Virus record (IMG/VR): IMGVR_UViG_3300045988_117159
Length of the DNA: 54,852 nucleotides
Strand: one strand, 5' to 3'
From: a virus
This document shows positions 17,218 through 27,870 of this stretch, piece after piece; the first letter of the stretch is position 1; the number at the start of each line of letters is the position of its first letter. Below the pieces are notes generated by a model that had not been told where the DNA came from, searched no databases, and saw only the letters and a program-made list of their open reading frames with translations. The position numbers were made by a program, and so were the translations under genes.

Positions 17218-18043
17218 CTAATGAGTTCACACCTTCATCAGCATTAAACTTAATTGTGTTACTACCAATATCAAATTTTAAATCATAGAAAGAAGAATCT
17301 CTACTAGTTCTTCCAATTATATTAACTCCATTTTTTCTAACTGTTGCGGGTGTACTTGTTAAATCAATAATAATAGTATCATCTTTCACAAGTGTATCAT
17401 TTATCTTAATAAATTTATCGTCTTTATATACAATAGGATTTTTAACTACACCTTTTGCTAAAAGTACAATTTTAGGATAAGTTTCTACATCACCATTGTT
17501 CAATAGCTCAACTTCATCCGCAAATTTATAATGGCTAAAAATAAATCCTTTGCTGACTCTTGAAATAAATGGAAATCCAAATTTAGGAATAACTGAAGCA
17601 ATATCTTCCCCAAATTCATCAACACCCAATAAATATGGTTGCATACATCTTATAGTAAATTGTAATTCTAATCTCTTATAAATGTTCTTGTTCGGTAACG
17701 AAAATTTGTATAGACTTCCTTCGCACCATCTAGTTCTTCCTTGGTATGTTAAATATACTTTAAATGTGTGCTTAACACCAAAAAAGCTAATACAAGTGTC
17801 CCGAAGTATAGATAATAAATTTTTATTATACATATAAGCTTTTATTGTTCTATCTTGAATACCTACTCTTTCTGACGATAAAATACCACCATCACCAAAA
17901 GCTTTATCTTCATATGAAATTGTATTTGTCACATAATCCCAGCCGTCTAATCCATCACTAGGAATCATCCATAATGTGTTATCAAGGATGAACTCTTGTC
18001 CATCCTCTCTAACTATTCTTACTTTCACATCTTGACTAGCCAT
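17177..18043 (-). CDS. distal tail protein (Dit position)
   Basis: 288 aa immediately after the tape measure gene. Confidence 0.5.
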   Translation of the reverse strand: MASQDVKVRIVREDGQEFILDNTLWMIPSDGLDGWDYVTNTISYEDKAFGDGGILSSERVGIQDRTIKAYMYNKNLLSILRDTCISFFGVKHTFKVYLTYQGRTRWCEGSLYKFSLPNKNIYKRLELQFTIRCMQPYLLGVDEFGEDIASVIPKFGFPFISRVSKGFIFSHYKFADEVELLNNGDVETYPKIVLLAKGVVKNPIVYKDDKFIKINDTLVKDDTIIIDLTSTPATVRKNGVNIIGRTSRDSSFYDLKFDIGSNTIKFNADEGVNSLGVTIYYNQRYVGI

Positions 18044-18049
18044 CTATCA

Positions 18050-20374
18050 TCATCCTTCCATCTGATACATTTGTTGTAACCTTAATTCTCTACTCATTTC
18101 ATCAACTGATGCAATAGGTTGATTTATATTAATTTCTTGATTAAATTTGAACCCTTGAATTGCTAAATCTCCTAAACCATTTGAAATATCCATATTCATA
18201 ATATGTTGTAACGATTTAACACCGTTTAATAATGATGTTTCTATTTGAGACATTGGGTCATCTTCCATGAATCCTTCCACAATACCCATGCTCAAGAATT
18301 TACCAACCTCATTCTTCATAACCCTTGAAGGGGAATGAATTCCAAAGAATCCTTTGATTCCACTTAAAATTCCACTGCAAAATCCACCAATTTTACTCAA
18401 AATCCAATCTTTAACTGAATTAATACCATTCCATAATCCTTTAATCATATTTTTTCCAATATCAGTTATTCCTTTAATTCCATTATTGAATACGTTAGTG
18501 ATTGATTTTAAAATAGTTTTTGCATGACCCTCAACATTTGAAGCCATTGATTTAATACCATTTCCAATACCTTTAATCAGATTAATCCCTAAATTTAACC
18601 AATTATACGCTGTAAAAACTGATACAATAGCTTTAATAATTTGAGGGATATTAGCAATTAATGTTGGGATAGCTTTTATCAAGCCTGCTATTAATTGTAC
18701 AATTATTTCAAAACCTTTTGCTAAAATTGTTGGGAAATTATCATTGATGATATTAGCAAAAGTTGTAATGATTGTAGGAACATATGCAATTAATATTGGA
18801 ATGGCATTTGTTATTCCTTTAACTAAATTACTTAATAATTCAAAACCTTTTTGAATTAAGGTTGGAGCCGAATTTGCTAAACTTGTTGCAAAATCTTGAA
18901 TTATTTGAAGTAATTGTGGTAATACAGTTGGAATTGAACTTACAAATCCTTCTGCTAATGAACTCAATAAAGTCAAACCTAATTCTAATAATTGAGGTAT
19001 ACCTGATAATATTCCACTAATGATGTTATTTATAAGCGTAAATCCACTCGTCATCAGTATTGTGCTCGAACTCTCAAATCCAGCTTTCAACCCTGAAATA
19101 ACTTGTGAAACAATAGTACCTATATTGCTACTTAATGATTGTCCAAATTTAAACAACTGAGGTATAGCATCATCAAGAGCAATAGCAATTTTTTGAATGA
19201 ATTGTGATACTGTACCTGCTAATGATAATGAGCTACTATCAAAGCCTTTTAAAATAGTTTTCGCTAATTCAGGAATAGCAGTAGCAAATCCTTGAATAAT
19301 TGCACCAACCATATTTACTCCTGCAACGATTAATTTTGGCAAAATTCCTATAACAATCTTTGGAATTCTTTCCACAATTTTTGGAAGCATAGTTTCAATT
19401 AATGTACCTATACCATTTAAGATAATTTCTATTCTAGGAAATATATTATCTCCTACTGTATCAACACTTTCCACGAATTGATTAATTAATTCTTGTAAAT
19501 TAGCATCATCACTACCTAAACCTGTTACAAGATTATCCCAAGATGCTTTCATCATATTAACGGAACCTTCAATAGTTGTAGCAGCTTCTTTTGCTGAAGT
19601 TCCTGCAATACCCAAGCTTTTTTGCATAACTGAAATAGCGTTAACAATATTTCCAAAAGATAAATCTCCGTCTTTAACAGTGACATTTAACTCTTTTTGA
19701 ATTTCAGTCATTTTAGAAGCATCAGTAATTAATCTTTTCATTTCTTCTTTTGTACCACCATATCCTAACTTCAAGTTATCAAGCATTGTATAGTTTTGTT
19801 TTGCAAAACCTTGATAAGCCCACTGTATAGATTCTATAGAAGTACCCATTTTATTAGCATTATCTGACATATCTATCACTGCTCTATTAGCATAGTCTGC
19901 AGCCTTTTGAGTGTCTCCACCTAATGATTGTAATAATGACGCACTAAATCCCGTTACTTGTTCCATATATTGATTTCCGCTTATTTGAGCAGTTTTATAA
20001 GCTTGAGATGCATATTCTTGAACTTTTTTAGAAGCATCTTTAAATAAAGTATCAACTCCGCCAACAAGTTGTTCATATTTAGCATAGGATTTTGTAGCTT
20101 GTACAGTTAAGCCTGCTATTGCAGTAGATGAAGCTGTTACAGCCACAGCGGTGCCTTTAACAACAGCACCTGCTACTTGTTTAGCTCCGTTGGCAACTGA
20201 AGAACCAAAAGATTTTAGTTTAGCCCCGAGCCCATTAAAATGATTGTTCATTTGATTAGTGGTTCCTTGTGTATCTTTGGCTAAATCTTTTAATTTCTTC
20301 TTTAACTCTTCAATACCTTCTTTTAACCCTTTTTGGTCAAGTAGTGTCTCTATTGTAACTTTACCATCATTCAT
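18050..20374 (-). CDS. tail tape measure protein
   Basis: 774 aa. Long helical and hydrophobic repeats (GI..I..G motifs). Preceded by the chaperone pair. Confidence 0.85.
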   Translation of the reverse strand: MNDGKVTIETLLDQKGLKEGIEELKKKLKDLAKDTQGTTNQMNNHFNGLGAKLKSFGSSVANGAKQVAGAVVKGTAVAVTASSTAIAGLTVQATKSYAKYEQLVGGVDTLFKDASKKVQEYASQAYKTAQISGNQYMEQVTGFSASLLQSLGGDTQKAADYANRAVIDMSDNANKMGTSIESIQWAYQGFAKQNYTMLDNLKLGYGGTKEEMKRLITDASKMTEIQKELNVTVKDGDLSFGNIVNAISVMQKSLGIAGTSAKEAATTIEGSVNMMKASWDNLVTGLGSDDANLQELINQFVESVDTVGDNIFPRIEIILNGIGTLIETMLPKIVERIPKIVIGILPKLIVAGVNMVGAIIQGFATAIPELAKTILKGFDSSSLSLAGTVSQFIQKIAIALDDAIPQLFKFGQSLSSNIGTIVSQVISGLKAGFESSSTILMTSGFTLINNIISGILSGIPQLLELGLTLLSSLAEGFVSSIPTVLPQLLQIIQDFATSLANSAPTLIQKGFELLSNLVKGITNAIPILIAYVPTIITTFANIINDNFPTILAKGFEIIVQLIAGLIKAIPTLIANIPQIIKAIVSVFTAYNWLNLGINLIKGIGNGIKSMASNVEGHAKTILKSITNVFNNGIKGITDIGKNMIKGLWNGINSVKDWILSKIGGFCSGILSGIKGFFGIHSPSRVMKNEVGKFLSMGIVEGFMEDDPMSQIETSLLNGVKSLQHIMNMDISNGLGDLAIQGFKFNQEININQPIASVDEMSRELRLQQMYQMEG

Positions 20375-20394
20375 AGATTATAACCTCCTTCCCG

Positions 20395-20973
20395 TTAAGT
20401 ATTATAAAATTCTTCTCTTATTTCTTTTAAAATTTCATTTGTATTCTTATTTTCTTTTTTTGGCAGTGACCATATATTTTTTAATTTTTGACATTGTTTT
20501 TCATACGATTTATTATCTTTTTTATAACTTCTAAAGCCCATAATTTGGGACATAATAGTTGATTCATTTAATCCAATAAATAATGCTTTAAACATATGCC
20601 AATGCATATCACATGATGTTAAATCTATCTTATATTGGGACATAAAAGAACTAACTATATATTCCCCATCTTGAATATAATCCCATACAATATCATTTGA
20701 TGTATCAGTTGATTCTATTGGTGTTGAATTTTTATTATTATAAAAATTTATTAGTGCTTCTAAAAATTCTTTTTGATATGCAATGGCTTCTATTGCTAAT
20801 ACATCATCTTTAATAACAAAGAATAAATCTATATAATTAAAATCCTTAAAAATAGAATCATCCTTTAACATTTCTCCAAATTTTAACCACTCTCTAAAAT
20901 CTGTGTATAATAAATAAGACTTGCCTCCTACATTTATGGAATTCGGCAAGCCTTTTGTTCTTAAATCTATCAT
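20395..20973 (-). CDS. tail assembly chaperone (Gp15-like)
   Basis: N-terminus LPNSINVGGKSYLLYTDFREWLKF resembles the Phage_Gp15 family. Position before the tape measure protein. Confidence 0.5.
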   Translation of the reverse strand: MIDLRTKGLPNSINVGGKSYLLYTDFREWLKFGEMLKDDSIFKDFNYIDLFFVIKDDVLAIEAIAYQKEFLEALINFYNNKNSTPIESTDTSNDIVWDYIQDGEYIVSSFMSQYKIDLTSCDMHWHMFKALFIGLNESTIMSQIMGFRSYKKDNKSYEKQCQKLKNIWSLPKKENKNTNEILKEIREEFYNT

Positions 20974-21353
20974 TTTTTATTAACAGTTAAATTTTGAGCT
21001 TTATCCATTGCATTGATAAGTTCAATTAATTTGTCGTATGATGATAAATCAATATCACCTAATGCTGTGGATTGGTTAAAATTATTTAACGGTTTATTGT
21101 ATGTTTGAATAATTGATAAATATAGAATATTTAATTCATTAGGGTCTACGTTGTTAAATTTGCCTAAAGCTTTTTCACAGTTTTCTTGCCCTAATAAATT
21201 ACACACTAATTCATACATTCCTTTACATTTTTCTTTAAAATGTAATTCAGGTTTAGAGTTATATAATTCCTGTTTTTCTAATTGTTCAGCAATTTTTAAA
21301 TTATATTTTGGTAATGTGAATACATCACCATTAAATTCTACTTGATAGTCCAT
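20970..21353 (-). CDS. tail assembly chaperone (G-like)
   Basis: Position between the tube and Gp15-like genes. Ends AAT AAA AAA TGA, overlapping the next ATG. Confidence 0.5.
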   Translation of the reverse strand: MDYQVEFNGDVFTLPKYNLKIAEQLEKQELYNSKPELHFKEKCKGMYELVCNLLGQENCEKALGKFNNVDPNELNILYLSIIQTYNKPLNNFNQSTALGDIDLSSYDKLIELINAMDKAQNLTVNKK

Positions 21354-21359
21354 TTAAAA

Positions 21360-21842
21360 TTAACCTCCTGATTTAGTAAATGTTGGAGCACCACTTGTAA
21401 TTGCATACGTTCCTTTTTCAATGTCTCCACCCATTTTAATTGAAAAAGTAATTTTTCCATCAACTGTATTTAACACTTTTGATGTCAAAGTTGCAACACA
21501 TCTCCAAGCTTTCTTTTCAGTTCCGCCAAAGCACATTAAGAAAGGTACTTTAACATCACTGCCTACAGGCATATTGAAAAATTCATTAAACATAAAATCA
21601 TAAATAGGATTTCCCTCATAACAAGCAATTTCTTGAGGTAATTCAGGTTGATTTCCATTGATTTCAGTTACTGCATTTGCAAAGCAAATGTAATCCATAT
21701 CTTCTTCACTTTCATTCATTGTCAATTCAAAAATTGTAGAGTAATCAATTTGTTTCCAACTAGATGATGCAAAAGTTGTATCTTTAGTAACATCTAAAAA
21801 TGGGATGAACTGATTTCTAGTTAATTTTGTCATAGCTGCCAT
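21360..21842 (-). CDS. major tail (tube) protein
   Basis: 160 aa, assigned by position upstream of the chaperones. Confidence 0.55.
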   Translation of the reverse strand: MAAMTKLTRNQFIPFLDVTKDTTFASSSWKQIDYSTIFELTMNESEEDMDYICFANAVTEINGNQPELPQEIACYEGNPIYDFMFNEFFNMPVGSDVKVPFLMCFGGTEKKAWRCVATLTSKVLNTVDGKITFSIKMGGDIEKGTYAITSGAPTFTKSGG

Positions 21843-21846
21843 AATT

Positions 21847-22284
21847 CTAATCTCCTTTCATTTGTAAATATTGAATATAAAATTGTCCTTCATACCGAGC
21901 AATAGAAGTATCTTCTTGTAAAGTATATACTTCAGGAGCTTTATATAATGAACCAATTTCATTAACTATATAGTTATCTCCTAAAATAGGAAATTTTTGT
22001 TTTAAATTCATATCTTCTATAAATTTAGTAATTTTATCAAACGAATTTATTGCTTCTAAATTTAAATCACTTGTACCCTCATCATATGATTTCACTAGAT
22101 TTATATTGAACATAAGTCTAACTTCCATTGACCCGTCAATAAATTTATTTAGTATTTCACTACTTGAATTAGAACTTACTGAAGCAGTATCAGGAATCAT
22201 TGGGATAACATTAAAATAAGTATATCCATTTACTTCAGGACAATCTCTTAACCATATTGAAATAGCTTCATATATACTATTCAT
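21847..22284 (-). CDS. tail completion/terminator-like protein
   Basis: Assigned by position only. Confidence 0.35.
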   Translation of the reverse strand: MNSIYEAISIWLRDCPEVNGYTYFNVIPMIPDTASVSSNSSSEILNKFIDGSMEVRLMFNINLVKSYDEGTSDLNLEAINSFDKITKFIEDMNLKQKFPILGDNYIVNEIGSLYKAPEVYTLQEDTSIARYEGQFYIQYLQMKGD

Positions 22285-22635
22285 TTATCTTCCTCCTCGT
22301 TTAATAAATTCAGACACACTTCTAGCAACTTCATCTTTTTTATCTCTAAAAGCTGCCTGTTCCCAATGTGATTGAGCAAATGGGTTAACATCTTTACTAT
22401 AATTCAAAGGCCTACCTTTACTAGATACACCTTGCCATTGATATCTAGCATACTTTTGATTATATGTAACTTTATAAGGTTTAGTCACATAATTATTCAT
22501 TAACATTTTTGTATCGGCAGGAATATATTTTTTAAATTGTTTAGCCCATGTTTCTGCTAAATATATGCCTACTTTGTCATTTAGTAATTTAGCAATTATA
22601 GTATTTGATGGGCTTAATTCTATTTTTACTTTCAT
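22285..22635 (-). CDS. head-tail joining protein (HK97 gp10-like position)
   Basis: Position and size. Confidence 0.35.
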   Translation of the reverse strand: MKVKIELSPSNTIIAKLLNDKVGIYLAETWAKQFKKYIPADTKMLMNNYVTKPYKVTYNQKYARYQWQGVSSKGRPLNYSKDVNPFAQSHWEQAAFRDKKDEVARSVSEFIKRGGR

Positions 22636-22637
22636 AA

Positions 22638-23108
22638 TTAAATACCATTAACTCTAAATTGATAACGAGTATCAAATTTATTTTCTACTTCTTCAATATT
22701 TCTAATTTCACAAGCATTTGGACTATATTTATTTCTAATAGAAACTATGTTATTAGGAGTTATCTCTTTTTCTTCGATTTCTTCTAAAATAATAATATCT
22801 TGGTTTGATAAAGTAAAATAAGCATCCTTATTTTCTAATTCTTTCCATTTATAATAAGGCATATATTTATTAGTAAACGGAATCAAGATTGTAAATTGAG
22901 TTCCCATTGAAACAACTTGTCCATTAACATTGGAAATTTTAGTTCTTGAATAAGTACAACTTTTAATAACTGTTTTATACCAAACATCTAAACCAGTTAT
23001 AGAATCAGTTCTTTTTAATTTATTTAAAATTGTAATATTACCTTGCACGATATAACCACCTACCACGATAGAATAATTCTGGATATTCATATAAATATTC
23101 ATGTGCAA
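22638..23108 (-). CDS. head closure/connector-like protein (start uncertain, possibly GTG near 23050)
   Basis: The ORF overlaps the upstream gene by 71 nt if the first ATG is used. A GTG with a GGTGG SD lies near the upstream stop. Confidence 0.4.
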   Translation of the reverse strand: MHMNIYMNIQNYSIVVGGYIVQGNITILNKLKRTDSITGLDVWYKTVIKSCTYSRTKISNVNGQVVSMGTQFTILIPFTNKYMPYYKWKELENKDAYFTLSNQDIIILEEIEEKEITPNNIVSIRNKYSPNACEIRNIEEVENKFDTRYQFRVNGI

Positions 23109-23424
23109 TAGTTGTGAATTTTTCTAAAATAACACTTTCATTTTTCTTTGAAGTGTCATAACCGAAAGATTCAATTCCATTGCTATAGCTAGTTAATTTA
23201 TCACTTACATTTGTACTATTTTCATCAAATAAAGTATTTATTAATTTAACTTCAAGTCTTTTAATAGATTCAGGTACTGATTCTAACTCATTAACCAATA
23301 ATTCTAATTTCTTACAGGTTATATAATTTAATTTTGATTCTACTTCATATTGTAAATTGGGGAATGATTGTTGGTCACATTTCCCTCCAAAGTTTTGGTA
23401 ATCTGAAAAAGAAATATAATTCAT
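23038..23424 (-). CDS. head-tail connector (gp6-like position)
   Basis: Near downstream of the capsid gene (a 47-aa ORF lies between). 128 aa. Confidence 0.4.
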   Translation of the reverse strand: MNYISFSDYQNFGGKCDQQSFPNLQYEVESKLNYITCKKLELLVNELESVPESIKRLEVKLINTLFDENSTNVSDKLTSYSNGIESFGYDTSKKNESVILEKFTTIAHEYLYEYPELFYRGRWLYRAR

Positions 23425-23442
23425 TTATCATTCCCTCCTTTA

Positions 23443-23586
23443 CTATTCATCTTTAGTCGGTTCTTTTGGTGGTCTACCTTTTTTTGGTTTTTTCTCAACT
23501 TCAATCCCACCCATTTTCTTATACATTTCAATACAATCATGATTATTGGTTACAACTCCTGTACCATTGGGCAATTTAATCTCCAT
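23443..23586 (-). CDS. small ORF (47 aa), not in the track
   Basis: SD GGAGGTAATTTAGCATG. Basic tail KKPKKGRPPKEP. Confidence 0.4.
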   Translation of the reverse strand: MEIKLPNGTGVVTNNHDCIEMYKKMGGIEVEKKPKKGRPPKEPTKDE

Positions 23587-23602
23587 GCTAAATTACCTCC
23601 TT

Positions 23603-24475
23603 CTAGGATTGTTCATTTCCTGAATAATAAATGATTGTTTCAGGTGTTACTGCTTTTGTACCGTAGTAGAAGAACATTTCAACAGCTACTGCTTCACTTA
23701 AAGGAATTCTTTCAGCTGTGTAAGGAACACTTCTAATAGGTTGTGCAATAGATTCATTCATCATAGCTTCAAATTTAACCCCCTCAGGTAATCTATTTGA
23801 ACTATGACATCTTACACCATGATAATAGAAGAATTCTTCAGTTGTAGTGTCAACATTTGTATTTACAACTTTATCTAAATACATACGCATGTTAGAATAA
23901 GTGTCAGGGTCAAAAACGATTTGTAGCATTGAACGGTCTAGACCATCAATATAATCATTTTTTAAAGTTTCCAAATGTAAGATAGCTGATTCTACAATTT
24001 CTTGGATTTCAGTTACTCCTGTAGCATGTTTAAATTCAGTTCCTTCAGTTTTACCTACTTCAAAGAATTTTGTATCTAATTCAGCAATTAAACGTTGAGC
24101 GTGGTTGGCTGAACGTTTAGCAACTAATCCATCAACCCCTAATAATCTAACGTCTTTTTGTTCAATTTCTTCAACAAATTCTCTATCAGTATCAATAGGA
24201 ATTGTAACTGTTTTACCCTTTACATTATTACCTTTTCCACCTGTACGAGCAGTACCATAATTTTGAGCGGTTGCATTAGCAAAACGTTTTGCTTCTACTG
24301 TACCTGCTAAAGGGTCACCTGATAAATCAGTATTTTTTAATTGTACTGAAACTGCACCTTTTTGCACATTTTCAAGAACACCATCATAAGCTTCTTTTAA
24401 AAGCATTTTTCCATCACTAGAGCCATCTAATAATACACTTAATGATTCAATTCTATTTTGTGTTTTTACTGCCAT
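23603..24475 (-). CDS. major capsid protein
   Basis: 290 aa directly after the scaffold gene. Strong SD. Confidence 0.7.
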   Translation of the reverse strand: MAVKTQNRIESLSVLLDGSSDGKMLLKEAYDGVLENVQKGAVSVQLKNTDLSGDPLAGTVEAKRFANATAQNYGTARTGGKGNNVKGKTVTIPIDTDREFVEEIEQKDVRLLGVDGLVAKRSANHAQRLIAELDTKFFEVGKTEGTEFKHATGVTEIQEIVESAILHLETLKNDYIDGLDRSMLQIVFDPDTYSNMRMYLDKVVNTNVDTTTEEFFYYHGVRCHSSNRLPEGVKFEAMMNESIAQPIRSVPYTAERIPLSEAVAVEMFFYYGTKAVTPETIIYYSGNEQS

Positions 24476-24498
24476 ATAATTTTTCCTCCTTTAATTTT

Positions 24499-25125
24499 CT
24501 ACCAAATTACAGGATTAGGACGTTCTACATCTTCAGGTTCATCTACATCTTCAGGTTCATCAACTTTACCTGATTTTCCTGAAAATTTAATAGTTGGTTT
24601 TTTTGTTTGTTCCTCTTTTAAGAAAGCTCCTTCGTCCTCTTTCTTATAAGTTTCTACATAATCATCAAAACCAATTAATTCTCCATCTTTCATTTTTAAT
24701 TCATCTTTCATGATTTCACTTAAAAATGCTTTTTTAGCTGAATTAGAACTAAACTTTAATCCTGCTACTTTTTGATTTACTGCAAATTCATAAGCTTGTT
24801 TTTGTAATTTTGTTTCAGAATTTTTCTTATAATCAGCATATTCCTGTGTCAAAGTATCAATCTTTGCATTTGCTTTATCAAGTTCTTCTTTACTTGTTCC
24901 TGCATCTTTTAATTGCTTTTGTAACGCTTTTAAATCATCATCACGTTTTGAAATATCAGCTTTATAGTTTTCAATTTCAGTTTCTTTTGATTTTAAATCA
25001 TTACTAATTTTTTCAACTTCATTAATTGTTTTATAATTTTCATTAAAAGTTGAATTAAAATCTTTTTTCTTGTCTTCAGGAATTTCAATCCCAATTCCTT
25101 TCAAAATGTCAAAAATGTTTTTCAT
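24499..25125 (-). CDS. scaffolding protein
   Basis: Coiled-coil K/E-rich 208 aa located between the head-morphogenesis and capsid genes. Confidence 0.65.
   Translation of the reverse strand: MKNIFDILKGIGIEIPEDKKKDFNSTFNENYKTINEVEKISNDLKSKETEIENYKADISKRDDDLKALQKQLKDAGTSKEELDKANAKIDTLTQEYADYKKNSETKLQKQAYEFAVNQKVAGLKFSSNSAKKAFLSEIMKDELKMKDGELIGFDDYVETYKKEDEGAFLKEEQTKKPTIKFSGKSGKVDEPEDVDEPEDVERPNPVIW
24524..24559. repeat. Perfect 18-bp tandem duplication (TCTACATCTTCAGGTTCA x2) encoding DEPEDV x2
   Basis: Read directly at the 3' end of the scaffold gene. Confidence 0.9.
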
Positions 25126-25238
25126 AAATTAATGTCTCCTTAAAATATTATTTTAATTGTGTTTTCCACAATCTAGGTTAACTTACATTATTATTATAAT
25201 AAAATATTATTTTTATTACAAGTACATAACTATATTAT

Positions 25239-26345
25239 TTAATCTTCATCATAACCCCATACATATGTCCTATTAAATCTCGGTGTAATACCTGATTTTT
25301 TAGCAACATGATAATATAATGACTTCAATTCTCCTAATTTTGTTTCTTGTTTTTTATAATCAAACCCTGCTGAATCTAAAGCTATAATTTCATCTTTTTT
25401 ATATCTCATTTCAGTTTCAATAGAACGCATTAATTGTGATGCTTCATATTTAGTGTATTCTTTTCCTTTGATTGTAACTTTATCCGTAGATTTCTTTTTC
25501 ATTAATTCTAAATCTTCCTTTGTGTATGTTTTTGGTGATACCCCTAAAATGATATAAGAAATTCCATGTCTACAATTCAATGTTCCAATAGGTCTTTTTA
25601 ATTTATCGTTTAATTTTTCATAAGCTTTAATAGTGTATTGTCTTCCTTGATAAGGTAAATGGTCTTCAGCACATAAGCCGTGAGCATCAATTTCTACTCC
25701 ATCAGCACCATATTGATTCCCCATTTCTTTTCTAATGCCATTATTGACCTGTCTGACACCTTCTAAAATATTCATTCGGCAAGCGCTGTCTAATCTTCTT
25801 GTTCTACCACTAGCGTATGTGATTCTCATTCCTTTTCTAGCTTTGGATAATAACATTCTTTTCATTACACTTTCATAGTCGTCCATTCCTGTGGCTACTG
25901 TATCAATAGCTAAATCAATAATATCTCTATAATCTTTTGAAATGGCAGTTGTATGTGACATATTTATAAATGTGCCATCAGTTAATTTCTTAACTGATTC
26001 AATGTAACTATTCAAAGGTTTATTTTTAGAAAAAGGAGGTTGAGCTACACCCGTATAATTATATAAATAAGCTGCATCCTTATATTCTTCTCCTGCACTT
26101 TCAAGATATAATTTTTGAATATCCTCTAAAGCTAATCCTGTTTCTTTAACTAACATAGAATTAATTTCTTTGATATTATTTCCCATCAAAGCTAATTGTT
26201 CTAATCTATGCAAGTTGTCTTTATCTAATTTTCCAATAGCTTTAATTTGTTTAGCCATCATTTTTAAATAGAAAGTATTCACTTTACTAAATCTTTTAGC
26301 TATTTCAAAAGCTTTATTTGTAAGTTCAGTGGGTGTAATAGCCAT
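25239..26345 (-). CDS. head morphogenesis protein (SPP1 gp7 / Mu F-like)
   Basis: Position after the portal. The ..DAHGLCAEDH..GTLNCRH.. region is typical of the Mu F family. Confidence 0.65.
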   Translation of the reverse strand: MAITPTELTNKAFEIAKRFSKVNTFYLKMMAKQIKAIGKLDKDNLHRLEQLALMGNNIKEINSMLVKETGLALEDIQKLYLESAGEEYKDAAYLYNYTGVAQPPFSKNKPLNSYIESVKKLTDGTFINMSHTTAISKDYRDIIDLAIDTVATGMDDYESVMKRMLLSKARKGMRITYASGRTRRLDSACRMNILEGVRQVNNGIRKEMGNQYGADGVEIDAHGLCAEDHLPYQGRQYTIKAYEKLNDKLKRPIGTLNCRHGISYIILGVSPKTYTKEDLELMKKKSTDKVTIKGKEYTKYEASQLMRSIETEMRYKKDEIIALDSAGFDYKKQETKLGELKSLYYHVAKKSGITPRFNRTYVWGYDED

Positions 26346-26348
26346 CTA

Positions 26349-27869
26349 TTATTCCTCCTCTGTGTCTAATTCATTTGTTTTTGAACCATTATTAAATAAA
26401 TCATTCATCATATTTTCTTGTTTTTCTTTTTGCATATCTTTGATTTTTTTAGTTGCGACTTCTAAAGATTCTCCTGTATACCAAGCACGTACTTCAGCTT
26501 TATCTAGAATATCAGCCTCTACTAATTGAATCTTTTGTTGAAGTTCAGTATCAGTATCAGTTAAAACGCTATCTCCCCATTCAACCGTAGTATCATAATC
26601 CCCGTCGGGTGCTAATTCATACAAATCAACTAAAACATTCATGGCATAAACTGTATCCATTAAAGTATCTTCTAAAGCTTCTTGATGCGATACGATATTA
26701 TCATATGCTTTTTGTTTTAAAACTCTAATTTCAGTTGCAGTTCTTGCTTCAGCTTCTACATTAGAAATAGTACCTCTAGAAAGACATAATGCATCTTCAA
26801 TCCTCATTAGGATATTGTTTAATCCATCTAAATAACTAGCATCTCTTAAGGTTGGAGCGAAAGCATTATAAGTATTGGATTGTCCTAAATCCAAAGAACG
26901 ATATAATCTATCTTTCATTCTATCCATTACTGAATGAGTACCATAATAGCCATTTTCATAATGCAAAGCAGTAGGGTCTACATCAATAGCCATTTGTCCT
27001 CCTTCATATTCCCAATCTAGCCTACCAAATTGTTCATCAGCTTTTTGTATTAAATTAACAGCATCACCAAAGAACGATACCCCTAGTGGTGAATTCATAT
27101 CAACATTATTTGAAATTGGTTCACAATAATAACCATATAAAGGTTTTTCTACATTCTCAATTTCTACTCTAGGTTCTAATGTGAACCATTTTTCTACTTC
27201 AGTTAATGGAATTTCCTCACCTAATTCTTGAGTTGAATTTTCATCACCATTTGCATCTAATTTAATTTTAAAAGCTTTGTTTTCAATCGTGACAGTATTG
27301 TATTCAAATGTTTGCCTTTCTACTTTTGTGTATAAAATTTCACCGCTTCTAAATTGGTCTAAAAATGCAATATCCACAATATTCCCATCATCATCAAAAG
27401 CAATAGGATAGAATTCTCCTTGATAGTTAAAATCAAAGTAAACTTGGTCATTTTTAATATAAGGCTTGATGATAACTCCGCCTAAAGCTAACGCTTTTTC
27501 ATATACTTTAGGAAGTTTTTTAATTAATTTTTTCTTATAAACGTTGTTCAAATAGTCAGCCCTTGTTTTAGTCTCTTCTTGTTTGTCTTTGTCTACTTCG
27601 GTACTAATATTTGAGTCTATAATATCAGTTTTCATTTCACTCAAAACTTGCTGCTTAAATGCTTTACAAATTAATTTTGGAATACCAATAGAAATAACTC
27701 CTGTATCATCATTAACCCAAGGAGCTTTATTCTTATACATTTTCTTCCATAATGATATAGAATTCATCATAGTATCGGAAATACTAGAATCGATACTATT
27801 ATCAACTTTAGCATTTCCAATCATTTTATTTAGAGCTTGTAAAATTAATTCGATAATGTGTTTAATCAT
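26349..27869 (-). CDS. portal protein
   Basis: 506 aa followed by the Mu F-like gene. Acidic C-terminus. Confidence 0.75.
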   Translation of the reverse strand: MIKHIIELILQALNKMIGNAKVDNSIDSSISDTMMNSISLWKKMYKNKAPWVNDDTGVISIGIPKLICKAFKQQVLSEMKTDIIDSNISTEVDKDKQEETKTRADYLNNVYKKKLIKKLPKVYEKALALGGVIIKPYIKNDQVYFDFNYQGEFYPIAFDDDGNIVDIAFLDQFRSGEILYTKVERQTFEYNTVTIENKAFKIKLDANGDENSTQELGEEIPLTEVEKWFTLEPRVEIENVEKPLYGYYCEPISNNVDMNSPLGVSFFGDAVNLIQKADEQFGRLDWEYEGGQMAIDVDPTALHYENGYYGTHSVMDRMKDRLYRSLDLGQSNTYNAFAPTLRDASYLDGLNNILMRIEDALCLSRGTISNVEAEARTATEIRVLKQKAYDNIVSHQEALEDTLMDTVYAMNVLVDLYELAPDGDYDTTVEWGDSVLTDTDTELQQKIQLVEADILDKAEVRAWYTGESLEVATKKIKDMQKEKQENMMNDLFNNGSKTNELDTEEE

Positions 27870-27870
27870 A

